DNA of 64,000 nucleotides from NCBI RefSeq assembly GCF_023055435.1, contig NW_025964361.1, positions 32,860,001-32,924,000 of the forward strand. The letters run 5' to 3'. The notes under the pieces were generated by a model. The model did not search any database. It had not been told where the DNA came from and worked only from the letters and a program-made list of their open reading frames with translations. The position numbers and the translations under genes are program-made. Source of the DNA: Haliotis rufescens. Taxonomy: Eukaryota. Below, piece after piece: positions 26,135-41,100 of this stretch; the first letter of the stretch is position 1; each line of letters starts with the position of its first letter.

Positions 26135-29100
26135 GTAAGTAAAAACATATGCTTTGCTCAAACTTATGTAGTAAGGTTGTGTGGGTCTGATTGGACGAGT
26201 TTAAGAATTAGGATCAGCTTACATAATTTTCTTTCAGATTATTTGGAATTCATTTCCCTGAACATAGCATATAGAATATTAACATTACACTCACTGACAC
26301 AAGTTTTTTATTTGAACCATCTTTTGATTGAACCATATGTGCTAAAATATCAATTTGAAATATTTTACCCACCTGTGTGGTCCCAAATTATTTGCCTTTA
26401 GGGAACGGTCATTTATTATAGGTGGAGGGTTGTGGAGGGGATGAAGGGGATGAAGGGGTTGTGTCCGAGGGTATCAGGGGAGGGTCACCAAGAATATGAC
26501 AGTCTCTGGGGGTAGGGTAATAAAAAATAATACATTTTGTGGAGGGTCAGGTACAAAATGGATATCATATAATAAAATATAAAGTGCTTTTGCATTTTGT
26601 AATTTCAGGGAGGGTCATGAAAAAAAATGTACAAGGACAGGGGAGGGTCATCCAAGTATATGACAAGCATTAGGGGAGGGTCATTATTTTCGGTACATTA
26701 GAGCATCAAGAAGCTCTGACCCACCCAACCCGATAATAAATGACCGATCCCTTAGTATATTGATAATTATAAGCAACATATTATCCTAAAATGTGTACTT
26801 CCTGTTTAGTTTGACACTATTCTGGTGGAGAGCCGACAGGCGGCTACAGTTGTGTTGATGCTCAACAGTCCGGAGGAAGATGTACAGTCTAAAGCATGCG
26901 AAGCCATCTACAAGTTCGTTAATAAATGTAAGATATTTCAGCAGAACACCAGAATAGTGAACATATTCTTTTATTGATCTCTTAAAGTAGAGGAATCAAA
27001 ATATTGCTTTGAGATAACCAGTCTTGAGGAGAAGCGATGGTGAAGGTTATGTTTGGACTCTGAATCTGATAACTGGGTTTGTGATAAATGAAGCTTGCAC
27101 TAACTCACCTTGTACATCTAGAATCTGAACCTGATGATTTTTTAATGAAATAAGAAGTTTTGAGCATGGATCTTTAGACATCTGAAGGGCTTATTTGAAA
27201 ATGTGTAGACATAAATGACTGCAGGTATTGCATTATGTTTGGCAGGTATATACAGTGATGTGTTTGACAGATACAGCACTTTGTTGGGAAGGTATTACAC
27301 TATGTTTGACAGATATAACACTTTGTTCTGGAAGGTATTGCACTATGTTTGACAGATATAGCACTTTGTTCTGAAAGGTAACACACTATGCGTTACAGAT
27401 ATAGCACTTTATTCTGGAAGGTAACACACTATGTTTGACAGATGCAGCACTTTGTTCTGGAAGGTATTGCGTTATGTTTGACAGATACAGCACTTTGTCG
27501 GGAAGGTATTGCACTGTGTTTGACAGATATAGCACTTTGTCGGGAAGGTATATCACTGTGTTTGACAGATACAGCACTTTGTCGGGAAGGTATTGCACTG
27601 TGTTTGACAGATATAGCACTTTGTCGGGAAGGTATATCACTGTGTTTGACAGATACAGCACTTTGTTTGGGAAGGTAACGCACTGTGTTTGACAGATATA
27701 GCACTGTGTTCTGGAAGGTATAGCACTGTGTTTGACAGATATAGCACTGTGTTCTGGAAGGTATAGCACTGTGTTTATTTATTTAGGTGAAGAGAACAAG
27801 AAGACATTACTAGACCTTAATGCAATTGACCCGCTGCTGAGACTGGTACAAGGAGAGGACAAAACTGTCAGGCGCAATGCTTGCATGGCTCTCGGGGTCA
27901 TGTGTGCACATCGTAAGTTAGTAGCATAGATGAATATCTTAAACATGTTAAAGTAAATTTGTTAATTTATTAGCACACCTATGCAACCACAAAGGTTTTT
28001 GTCTTAGATGTATTGTTGTATCATTTAAATAGTTAAGTTGCCTTGACTAAGCACATAATTATTTAGGGTTAATCATGAGAGTAAAAACGGGAGATAAACA
28101 AACTTCAAAATAGAACTAGGTTATATGTAGATTTAACCACGCTGGATTGAATTTAGAACTGAACACAACATTGTGAAAATGAGATTGAGAAAGACAGATA
28201 ATCCATAATTCAGAGTTATAATTAGGTTATTCTATATATTACCCATGATCAACATGAAGCTTAGATTATGATGCTGTTCTAAAATTACTGAAAATAATTG
28301 CACCAATATCTTTGCTCCTTTGGCTAATATTTGTATGTCATGTCCCTCAACTCTGAAACTATTTTCCTTCAGCTGACGTGAGGAAACTATTACGAAAGAG
28401 AGATGATTCTATCGCTGCTTTTGTGAACCTCTTGCAACCTGAAGGTAAGACAGGATGTATAGAACAGATATCTGGCGATGTGAAATAGTGGTTAGGACAC
28501 ACTCTACAACTGACCCTTCAATTCTTTGTTCCTGAATTTGTTTTGGAATGGAAGTTTAGCATCTGTGCTTGAAGTGTGTAGTATTTTAGGACCGGTGTCA
28601 ATAGCTGATTTTGTTACGGCCACTGTGATAGATTGATAGCAGTCTTGAATCAGTAAGTTATACAATTTAGACTATAACTTGAAATACTAAATATTCTTGA
28701 AGCAGATACTTTGCTGTGAGTCAGCCTGTATAAGTGCTGTCCTGTCTCTCCCCAGAGGACACCGTTGTCCACGAGTTCTCCGCCCTGGCTCTGTCCTACC
28801 TGGCCACAGAGTTCTCCACAAAGGTCTCCATATTCGAGAACAACGGCATCGAACCCCTCGTCAAGTGTCTATCCTCCACAGATCCTGATGTCCAGAAAAA
28901 TGCCATTGAAGCTCTTGCCCAGATGTTACTTGTTAGTATTCTGTAATTAAAGTGTTCTGTGATGGAAGATTTTGTGATTAGTATATTGTCTTTTGTCTGG
29001 TCCAGACTAAATTATTTACCGACTGCCATCATATAGCTGGAATATTGCGGAGTGAGGCGTAAAACAACAAACCAACAACAACAACAGCCAACAATAACTT

Positions 29101-32100
29101 ATGCAGGGTTCTACACATTTGCCTTGACCTTATTACCATCTAAAAGGTGACTATGCTTGTCGTAAGAGGCGACTAACGGGATCAGGTGGTCAGGCTCGCT
29201 GACTTGGTTGATGCATGTCATCGATCCCAATTAATCACTGGATTGTCTGGTCCAGACTCGATTATTTACAGAACGCCGTCATATAGTTGGAATATTGCTG
29301 AGTGCAGTGTTAAACAACAAACCAAACCATAAATCTTTGGAGTGGAAGCATCTGATCCATACCCTGGTTAATCCAGGTCCTTTACTAGATTGCTCAGTTA
29401 TGTTTCTTCCAATTTCTACCTGTATCCTGTTTAGGCCATGTTTTATACATATTCTGACTTGTGCGTTGTGGTTTTCCCGAAAATTGAGTTGACATATCAG
29501 GGACTATAAATTTGAAGAAGACATTATAAGAATTTGACACATCCAGTATGGAACTTTCAGGTTAAAATAGTGATAGTGTTGGGGCTGGAATGTGAGTTCA
29601 ACACAACAGGATTCGATCCATCCCATCTGAGTTCAGCACAACTGGGTGCGACTAATTAAAGAATTGAATGGCCTGTTTATCACTTGTTTGACTTGTACTT
29701 ACTTTGCATATAGTTTTTATTTGCTATTATTGATATGTAGTGTTAATTATTACTGACTCTCCCTGGTGTATGTAGGACTACCAGACACGAGGTGCCTTGC
29801 GGGAGTATGATGGCCTCCAGCCCATGCTAGACCTCCTCAAGTCCGAGTACGCCATCATCCAGAAGCTGTCCCTCCTGTCTCTAGATCGGGCTTCACAGGA
29901 TGGTGGGTCCACTATGTCTGCTTCTTACAATATGTCATGAATATTGAATAATTTATCAGCCAGAGAACCTGCTGGAAAAATGAAAGCAATTTCTGTTGTA
30001 TAAGACCTAAACACTACAACCCTTACATGGGGAATGTTGACCGGTAAGGTCTTATGTGGGCTTCTATTTGTAGCGGAAAATCGAGCCTCATTGAGAGAGC
30101 TGGAGGCGATCTCCCACCTGATCAAGTTCTTGGCCCACCCGGAGTGGAACGATCTGCATGTGATGGCGGTGATGGTGTTGTCTAACCTGCTGGAGGATGT
30201 GGAGAGTCTGGAGGTAGGTCATCACTCGCCTCATCCAACCTTCCAATTTGTTACTTGGAGTGAAACACACAAGCCAAACCTATGGTGTAGCCTCAAGGTT
30301 AAAGCATTTACTTTTATGCCTAAGGCCCTGGTTTGAATCCCCAAATGGAAACAATATGTGAATCACATTTCTGGTGTCCCCACTATGATATTGCTGTAAT
30401 AATGCTGAGAGTGGTGTAAAACAATACTCACTGACTCACACAAATGAGGCCAAGTCCCCGGTTTGAATTACCCCTATTGGTTTAATGTTTGAAGCCCAAT
30501 GTTGGAGTACTTTGTAATATGTTCTGTTGCTGGAAGAAAATTAATACCTCTGTCACATACATGATGTTTTCTCTCTGTTATTTGTGTAAATTTAACATAA
30601 ATGGTCCATAAAAACAGAGCTGATTGCTTTAAAGATGAAAATCTAACTGATTAATAATTAAATGACTAGATTTATTTTGAAAGCCTTTAATATAAATTTC
30701 ATACTCTGTGGGTTGCTGTTTACTCTTCATTTTTAACCCTCACATACATTAAAAAGGATATCTGTCTAAAGGATTTGTTAGGTTTTGCAACGCGTTTTAG
30801 TGATGTACAATTGTTAATGCTATGAATGTGTCTTGGTATCCAGCAAATCAAAGAGACTGGTGGTCTGAAGAGGCTGGTGGCAATCATCACTGACCAACCC
30901 CCTGTGGAGGAGGAGACCAAGGGGGGCAAGGCGGACAAAAAGGCAGGGTCGCGCGCTGGCAAGAAGAGTGCCAAGGGAGAGGGTCAGTTTCCTTTATGTC
31001 TGTCACAATGTAATGCAAGCACACTTTGGCATCACTTGTATATCGATACAATTGTTCTCTTCCATCAATATGTGAGTACTCATGATTGATTTGAACATCA
31101 CTTAAAGAGACCATATTATTGTGATAATCCACTGTGGTGCGTTCATGAAAACATGTTATTATTGTAGAAATTTGTGGCTGAAGATTGATGGATTGGAATG
31201 TTTTAAAGAAAAACATTTTACCAAAAAAATGTTGAAAAAATGTGAAAAGTAAAATTATTGACTGTTTCAGTTTTTCCTCATCAAAACATTGTCTTCACAT
31301 TCACTTTTGCCTTCAGTAGCAAACATTTTAGAAAATTAGTGAAATATATTCATCCTAATGTTGTAAAAATTGCAGTGATGTTTTATGTATTCCATTGTCA
31401 ATCTATCCATTCTGCAATGCAGCCAAGAAGGTGATCGAAGAGAAGGATGAACAGTCCCCTGGAGGAGATTCCATCATCCCCACCCTCCCCGATGTCAAGA
31501 TGAGTGCCGCTCGAGCCATCGCTCGGTCAGCACGCAGTGGTCAGTATACATCTATATCACATTGTTTGAATGAATGTCTGTGACTGACTGTGTGTTATCA
31601 TGTCCTGTTTGTGTTGACTTATGTCATCATGCCCTGATGGTGTGGACTGTGTGTCATCATGCCCTGATGGTGTGGACTGCATGTCATCATGCCCTGATTG
31701 TGTAGACTGTGTGTCATCATGCCCTGATGGTGTGGACTGTGTGTCATCATGCCCTGATGGTGTGGACTGTGTGTCATCATGCCCTGATGGTGTGGACTGT
31801 GTGTCATCATGCCCTGATGGTGTGGACTGTGTGTCATGCCCTGATGGTGTGGACTGTGTGTCATCATGCCCTGATGGTGTGGACTGTGTGTCATCATGCC
31901 CTGATGGTGTGGACTGTGTGTCATGCCCTGATGGTGTGGACTGTGTGTCATCATGCCCTGATGGTGTGGACTGTGTGTCATGCCCTGATGGTGTGGACTG
32001 TGTGTCATCATGCCCTGATGGTGTGGACTGTGTGTCATGCCCTGATGGTGTGGACTGTGTGTCATCATGCCCTGATGGTGTAGACTGTGTGTCATCATGC

Positions 32101-35100
32101 CCTGATGGTGTGGACTGAGTGTCATCATGCCCTGATGATGTGGACTGTGTGATCATGCCCTGATGGTGTGGACTGTGTGTCATCATGCCCTGATGGTGTG
32201 GACTGTGTGTCATCATGCCCTGATGGTGTTGACCTTGTGTCATCATGCCCTGATGGTGTGGACTGTGTGTCATCATGCCCTGATGGTGGAGACTGTGTGT
32301 GATCATGCCCTGATGGTGTGGACTGCGTGTCATCATGCCCTGATGGTGTGGACTGCATGTCATCATGCCTTGATGGTGTGGACTGCGTGTGATCATGCCC
32401 TGATGGTGTGGACCTTGTGTCATCATGCCCTGATGGTGTGGACTGTGTGTCATCATGCCCTGATTGTGTGGACTGCATATCATCATGCCCTGATGGTGTG
32501 GACTGTGTGTCATCATGCCCTGATGGTGTGGACTGCATGTCATCATGCCCTGATGGTGTTGACCTTGTGTCATCATGCCCTGATGGTGTGGACTGTGTGT
32601 CATCATGCCCTGATGGTGGAGACTGTGTGTGATCATGCCCTGATGGTGTGGACTGTGTGTCATCATGCCCTGATGGTGTGGACTGCATGTCATCATGCCT
32701 TGATGGTGTGGACTGCGTGTGATCATGCCCTGATGGTGTGGACCTTGTGTCATCATGCCCTGATGGTGTGGACTGTGTGTCATCATGCCCTGATTGTGTG
32801 GACTGCATATCATCATGCCCTGATGGTGTGGACTGCATATCATCATGCCCTGATGGTGTGGACTGTGTGTCATCATGCCCTGATGGTGTGGACTGTGTGT
32901 CATCATGCCCTGATGCTGTGGACTGCATGTCATCATGCCCTGATGGTGTGGACTGCATGTCATCATGCCCTGATGGTGTGGACTGTGTGTCATCATGCCC
33001 TGATGGTGTGGACTGTGTGTCATCATGCCCTGATGGTGTGGACCTTGTGTCATCATGCCCTGATGGTGTGGACTGTGTGTCATCATGCCCTGATGGTGTG
33101 GACGTTGCTTCCAGCGTGACTGGAGTGTATGTCATCCTTTTAGCACTAAGACCACTTTGTGGAACAAGGCCAGGTCTCCTTTCACAGACTGTTGTGATGT
33201 AGTGTCACATATGCACTCTCACTTTGCTGTGGGGGAGAGATTCTCACATATATTATTCATCATATAGCTAGTTCCTACATAACGGCCTGCTTCCTCCCTT
33301 TTTCAGTGGAGAACCGTAAGATCCTACACGAGCAGGAGGCTGAGAAGATGTTGATTCATCTGCTGTCTCATGAGTCAGTGGACGTACAGAGCGCAGCAGC
33401 CCAGGCTCTCGGCATCATGTGTGAGAACCTCAGCAGCAGAGACTCCATCCGCGAGTGGGGTCAGTCACTTGTTACAGTTTATTATGACATATGGCTACTG
33501 ACACTTTAAAACATAACTTCAGTATAATTTTGTTTTAGTTCTATTACTTTACCACTTTATGTTGGTTCACATAACTGCTTAGTGCGACAAGGTTTAACTT
33601 TGGTCAGGCCATTTCAAATATTCCATCATTAAAGTTTTTTTCTGTCATTCAGATATGTGTACCGGTACATTGATCGTTACTAGATGATACTGTTAATTTT
33701 GCTGTTGTATCTGTCCATGAATAGTATTAAAGGTTTTGGGAATAGTCACTCCCAATGGTTGTTTGTATTAGTTGATGCCTGAAGGTATTTATTCTTGTTA
33801 CAGAGGGTCTAGCACCTCTGATCAGGCTGCTCAACTCGGAGAGTGGAGACGTGAAGGAATCTGTGACACTAGCCCTCACCAACCTCACCACAGCCAACTC
33901 CACAAACTGCAAGTCAGTTGTTGCACAATGTTCTTTTTACATCGTAGCAGACAGTAATAGTGATTAATTGGAATCTCAACTGTGTGTCTTTTTATATTTA
34001 ACATATCAACACAAGTCGATAAAAGTTGCCGCAGAGTTTTAAACTTTTGTTAATGAGTGTCTTCATGAGGATGGAATTCTATTTATCATCCAAATCGTTC
34101 TTCCAACTTTTTCAGTTTGTAAACAGCAATAACCAGCGTCTTTAGTCTAAAATGTACAGTGAACCAGCCTCAGTGGTAGAGACCCATGCTTGCCGTAAAA
34201 GGTGACTATGCTTGTCGTAAGAGGTGACTACAAGATCGGGTGGTCAGGCTCGCTGACTTGGTTGATGCATGTCATCACATCTCAATTGATGGAATTTTGC
34301 TAAGTGTGGCTTTAAACAACAAGCAAACAAAGAGATTACTGATTGAGATCTCATGGAGGCTGATGATGTTGCAGTGGTCTTCTAAACTTTGAGATGCAGT
34401 TCCATTATAGCCATATCTCCTAGGATATCACGCAAACGATATCGTCTGTCTAAACCAGTTTTGGACGATAACATGATGTATTGGTCCAGCATCTGGCACC
34501 TTATGCTTATCATAATAGATGACTAAATGAGGATTTGTTGGTCACAATGTGTGCTGATAGTGTGTCATCATACTCTCATGCAGTCAACCACTGGTTTGTC
34601 TGGCTCAGCTAATTATTTACACCTGCTGTGATATAGCTGGAATATTGCTGGCTGCAGAGTAAACCATTCATTGTATCTTTTCTTCAGATTTCATTGTCAT
34701 CCGCAATCTTGTTAGCCCAGTTGATGGTGTGACAGCTTGTCATGGAGCTGATCAGAGTTTGATTCACTACATGAAATGATTGTTGAAACATGATGAAAGA
34801 CATCTTCCCAAGGCAAGGGAGTTAACTGACAATAAAGGCCGGAATATCTGAGTTATATTATGGCTGAACTAACAAGTCTATACATAGTCAATTAAAAAAT
34901 TGTTTAACAAATTTGACATCTGATTCGTAAACAACATGGTGACTGCCATGCAGATTTTGGACGTTTGCAGGATTTGCAAAGCATGTGTATCGCCAATTGG
35001 GCGTTGACAGATATTTTCCAAATCATTTCATTTTTTTTATCAATGTGCTTAAGTGATTTAATGCACAATGAGGTAAGACCTGTTTTAGTACAATATAGAT

Positions 35101-38100
35101 CTTGATTACCGATCAGATCGTCTTGACTGGGTGCCGTCATTTTCTTTGAAGCAAATGCAAGTGAAAGGAGGGGTTGAATCTGATTGGTCGATAGGAGGGA
35201 CAGCCAGTGGTGGTGGTACGAACAAACCACAACATTCCAGCCTAGTTTGACATGAGTGGAAACTAGACTTCTATAGTCAGTTAAGTCCCTTGCCTTGGCA
35301 AGATGGATGACATGAGTGGGAACTGGACTTCTATAGTCAGTTAAGTCCCTTGCCTTGGCAAGATGGATGACATGAGTGGAAACTGGACTTCTATAGTCAG
35401 TTAAGTCCCTTGCCTTGGCAAGATGGATGACATGAGTGGAAACTGGACTTCTATAGTCAGTTAAGTCCCTTGCCTTGGCAAGATGGATGACATGAGTGGA
35501 AACTGGACTTCTATAGTCAGTTAAGTCCCTTGCCTTGGCAAGATGGATGACATGAGTGGAAACTAGACTTCTATAGTCAGTTAAGTCCCTTGCCTTGGCA
35601 AGATGGATGACATGAGTGGAAACTAGACTTCTATAGTCAGTTAAGTCCCTTGCCTTGGCAAGATGGATGACATGAGTGGAAACTAGACTTCTATAGTCAG
35701 TTAACTCCCTTGCATTGGCAAGATGGATGACATGAGTGGAAACTGGACTTCTATAGTCAGTTAAGTCCCTTGCCTTGGCAAGATGGATGACATGAGTGGA
35801 AACTAGACTTCTATAGTCAGTTAAGTCCCTTGCCTTGGCAAGATGGATGACATGAGTGGAAACTAGACTTCTATAGTCAGTTAAGTCCCTTGCCTTGGCA
35901 AGATGGATGACATGAGTGGAAACTGGACTTCTATAGTCAGTTAAGTCCCTTGACTTGGCAAGATGGATGACAGATCACTGAGATAAGGTTTGTGTAACAT
36001 AACCAGTTTATGATTGTCTATACCATGTATGTGATATATGTGTTCCAGTGAGATGATGAACCTGAATGGCCTTGACCCACTGATCCAGCTGTTGGCAGAC
36101 AGTCGGGAGGAGGCTGTAGCCAACACCGCCAGCGTCCTCACCAACCTGGCGCAGGAGGAGGTGCTGCGTATAGAGTGTCTCAACCGCGCTGTCGTCTCTT
36201 CCCTCATAGACCCTCTCAAGACCAGGTAGGGGATACACTCCATGAGCTTTACAGACTTCCTCCAGGGTAGACAACAACCTCCGTGGTCTTGTAGATTGAG
36301 CATCTGCCTTGAGAGTGGAAGGTTGATTTTTCGATGCCCAGCCGCATCATACCAAAAAACAGAAACAGATGGTACTTGTTGTTACCCTGCCTGACACTCA
36401 GCACTAAGTGGATAACACAAGGACTGGTCTGCTCAGCATCATTATACTGTGTCTGAGTGGTGTATTCATGTTTAACTGTGGCATGGTATCTCAATGGGCT
36501 AGCACTATAAAGCTTGCATTAGTCTGGACAGTGACAGAAACTGAAAGTTTAAGTCCACTAGTCCTTATAATGATAACATACAGCGAAGCCCTTAACAAGG
36601 GTAAATTTCTACTAGTCCTTTGTCAACGGTTGGACAGTTTGGCAAGGACTAAAGGACTAGTGCCAATTTCTAACCCTGCATGAATGTTATGTTACATCAT
36701 CTCCTTAAAATTATGAATCTTTAATATGTTGCATGGATGAACCCAACCTTGGTGTCTCTTAGAATAATGTTCAGTTATTATTTTATCAAAAAACCAATGT
36801 TTTACATTGCAAACCATTTACCCTTGTGTGAACATATTTTCAAATACAGTAAACTACGGTTATAACAAACTCAAAGGGACCATTAATTTTAGTTTGTTAT
36901 AACCGTAGTTCGTTATAAGCATATATACAGCATAACTACAGCAAATAGTCGGGACAAAAAAGCAAGTTCGCTATATCCGTCAGTTTGTTATAAGCGTGTT
37001 CGTTATAAACGTAGTTTACTGTAACTTAATATATAATGTTGCAAATATTCCCGAAAATAATGAGGTGAGCATCAGGTCTACATGACTATTTTTTCTGAAA
37101 AAAAGAAGAGAAAAAGTGAATTTTGAGAGATTGCTATTATTCATCATTTCAGCAACACCAATGTCCAGAGTAAAGCAGCTCTCGCTTTAGCAGCCTTTGT
37201 GTGTGATGCTGATGCCAGGACAGAGGTGAGACGTCCAGCCTTGTCTCACCAGCACTGCATATAAGCACTTGTCTGCTTCACTGGGGCTTCCAGGGGCACT
37301 TCTGTTGCCACTTGTCAGTATTATCTTGTCATATATTACACAGAGCCTGTGAACCCGGCGAGCATTCCGGGTTATGATTGGTCCCCAGCAATCTATGCTG
37401 GGTGTAAGAGGCGACCTAATGGATCGGGTGGTCAGGCGCGGTGACTTGGTTGATTGTGTGTCATTGTACCACAACAGCATGGATTGTTTGTTATATCAGT
37501 CACTGGATTGTCTGGTCCAGACTTTGTTTATTTACAGACAGCTGTCCCATAGCTGGAATAGAGCTGAGTGTGGATTAAACAACAAACAGCGTGTGAACGC
37601 ATTTGTGCAATGTGCAGAGTTCTGTCCCTTTATCTTAGTTGATGTGAATCCGAGATTTTACTGGTGATTCATTCATTGTATATTGCAGTGTTTACTGGTG
37701 ACTGGTAAACTTTGCTTCATCTAAATCTGTGCAGTTAGGTCCTAATACTTACAGGTGTGTTCTTTGTTTCTTCAAGCTACGTGTGTCCGGTGGAGTGGAG
37801 CCCTTGATTGTTCTGTTGCATTCTGGGAATGATGAAGTGCGGAGAAACACGTCCTGGGCCATCACAGTTTGTGGTGTGGATGAACCTACTGCGACAGAAA
37901 TATGTAAACTTGGGTGAGATATGTGAATATGATTCAATAGGTTACTGCTTTCCTTGTTAGCTGTTAAAAGATGTATATCATAATCAAGTTTCATTGAAAA
38001 AAAATATAGCCAACAGACATTGGCCAACATGCCAAAAGCAATCTTTTACTAAGAGTGTTATATCTCCATATTTGACAAGACTTACTGTAGCTGTAGCGCT

Positions 38101-41100
38101 AAGATCATTTTAGGAGTGGGATGCTGATCAAATAATCTTGTTAAGGTATTGTCAAAGATATATCTTCTTTTAAATAAAAAAGCTTTAGAGCTTCACACAA
38201 GATGGCTATGATTAGCCTAAAATATTTTATAGTTTGATGTTTTTAGAAAAAAAATAGATATTGCCATGGAGCCTTCAATTAAGAATCCTGCTGTGAAATA
38301 GCATCATTTTCATGTTTCCAATAGAAGACTTGTGTTAATCATTATATTGTTGTGTACCTTATATTGTTAACATGTTGAACAATCGTTGACCAGTCCATAT
38401 ATAATCCTCGTAATTAACTATCCTGGAAAGACTTTTTGATGTTCCCTTACAGATTCGGACAACCCCAAAATAATGAATAATGGGAAAATTATTTACTGAA
38501 AAGCAATATTTTTTCCTTTGCAATAATTGATCCACACAAAAGGTAAAACCGAAAGACCAGTGTCACAAGCTTAACTAACACCACTCGTAGACAACATTCT
38601 CAGAATATCTGCTCAAACTTCTGAAATGTCTTATCTAGATTATGCCCACCTTCTGACCAGCGCCTGTTCCACAAAACAATCCCATACTTTAACTTAGGCT
38701 TATGATAGTGCGAAAATCACTTTGTGGTATGGGGACCCTGAATTCTTAAAAAGAGACCTGTAACCTGTGTTGAACACGCCTTCTATGCCAGACAGTTGTA
38801 GATATATGTGGGTGTGTTCCAGTGGTCTGGAAGTCCTGCAGCAGATTCAGATGTCCAGCACGCGACGCAGTCCCTTCGCAGATGCCGCACTCGAGAGACT
38901 GCTCGACAGCAACCTGTCCGCGAAATACGCCCTCTCGGGACATCTAGGTACACATCCCTGTCACAGACACCTGGAAGATGTTATGTCTTACATCAACCCC
39001 ATTTTGACTAGTCATTAGTAGGTGAACTGGATGTGGGTCAGATTATATCCAGTAATGATGAGAAGTCAGTAACTCTTGTTGCTATAGATGCTCTGTTGTG
39101 TTTCTCTGTATTACAGACACTATTGCCTAATATATGATTTTGTTCTCTATCATTAGTCTTTATACTTTTATTATTATTATGATTTCAAAAAATGTTTTAA
39201 TCGACACGGAAAATATATTTACTTAGTCAGATATTATATCTTGTTGGTTCTCAATAACTATTTATCACTGTTCAAAATGTGTATGACCGAAGTGGCAAAA
39301 TTCTTCTATTTTTTTGTTGAGAATATGTAATCATACTGTCTTGTTAGGTTGTTCAGAAGAATGTTTGTGGAACTAGTTATAATCCCATTTCCACATCTAC
39401 CAGCTTAATATGTATCTGGAATTTACTGGATTCAGTTTAGAAATACACGTGTGGGGATTCTGGGTAAGTCCCATGCCACCTCTGCCTGTCATAAGAGGCG
39501 ATCCTATGGATTAAGGTAGGCGATCTGGTTGATTGGGGGTCGGCGTTCCGGTTGATTGGGGGTCATCATACCTGGACCTTGTGGATTGTTATCACAATGT
39601 CAATAACTAGATTGTCTGGTCCAGAGTTGATTATTTCCAGCTGCGGTCATATAGCTGGAATATTGCTGAGTGTGGCGTTAAACAGACAAACAAAGTCCAG
39701 AAATATCCCACTGGAGAATGATCTTTCACGACATGTCCTATGTCTGTAGGTAGTGGGAACCTGATAGAAGATGGGTTCTTTGATGCCGGTCAGCTGAAGG
39801 CAGGCACCAAGTTCCTGTCCCTGGAAGACTTCTGCAAACAGGAGATGAATGACAAGAGACCAACGCTGCTCATCAACTCTAAACAAGAGTGAGTATACAC
39901 CCTGGTGGTTGTACAAAGACACATTCTATAGAGAATGGCAGACAAGATGACTCCTTGATCTGAATGTTGTGTATTAAGCTAGGTTCATCTGAATCTTAGA
40001 TAATCAGTCACATATTTTAGGAAACACATGCATATTGAGAGAAATAGACGATACACAGACTTTATAATATTGACAGTGCCTGATGTACAACAAAACATAG
40101 AGATTCAGACTCACCAGACACCAGAATATAGTCCTACATATACATGCACATTTCAACATGCAGAGACACTCTACTTCCAATATACGAACATGTAAGGAAG
40201 CACAAATGTTATAGTTTTATAAATGTTCAATTGTAGTTGGTTTATTAATGGGATAATAGTTTCAAGGTGTTGTGTGATAATATCTTTGTTTGTTTGTCTT
40301 AGATCCTGATACTGTCGTCAAGCACATTCCTATAGTAGTATATTAAAGCAGTTGTAATTCATAAATTGTGTCTACTTTGTGATTTAATTTTGATGAGATT
40401 CTAACCCCTTCCTCCCCTACTTTGGCATTTTTAATATTTTCTGTTCACATTTTCCTATGAATGTTAGTCTTTAAGGATTTATTTAGTTGGTTCAAGGTAA
40501 GCTAAATATTTATTCATTATTTTTTCCTGGTTAAGAAGGGTACGCATTTGAAATAATCTTAAAAAGTTTGTGGCATTATACCTCATAGGATTAGACTGCC
40601 ATTAGCCTAGCAGTGACCTGGCAACAACAGACATCACCATAGCAGAAGATAAAGTCAGTGGTTATAGTCGACCACAGGTGATCTAACAAATAGTATATCT
40701 AAAGTGTGTGTTAAACTTTACATGTATACATCTCAGGAAAGTTGAGGTGAAAGAAAGTCCACCTCCACCACCTTCATCAGAACCTGATTCAGAGACAGAC
40801 TCTCAACAATCACCCGGACACGGGAATAGGCGGTTGTCATGGAAATCCATTCTAAAGAAAAAGTATTGAGAATAGACAATAGCAAGATAGATAGAAGCTT
40901 CTTTTCTGACAGAAATGTTAACCACTCTTCCCCTGATCTTCCATCTGTCTGTAAATGATACAGAGGTAATGGAGGAGAAGGGTTAAGCTGCATCCATTGC
41001 AGCATCTCTGTATAGACTAGAGTCAGGGGGATGCGCCATCAGAAAGGAGAAAAGCTTTTTGCTTTTTTCATACTGTTTCCTTTCCTGAGATCCTAGCGAG

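Noticed and set aside
31557-33202. Long His/Cys-rich ORFs (509, 336, 318 aa) resembling metal-binding or shell proteins
   Set aside because: Several frames on both strands are open because the unit is 30 bp. The array lies in an ARMC3 intron and shows no evident gene structure.
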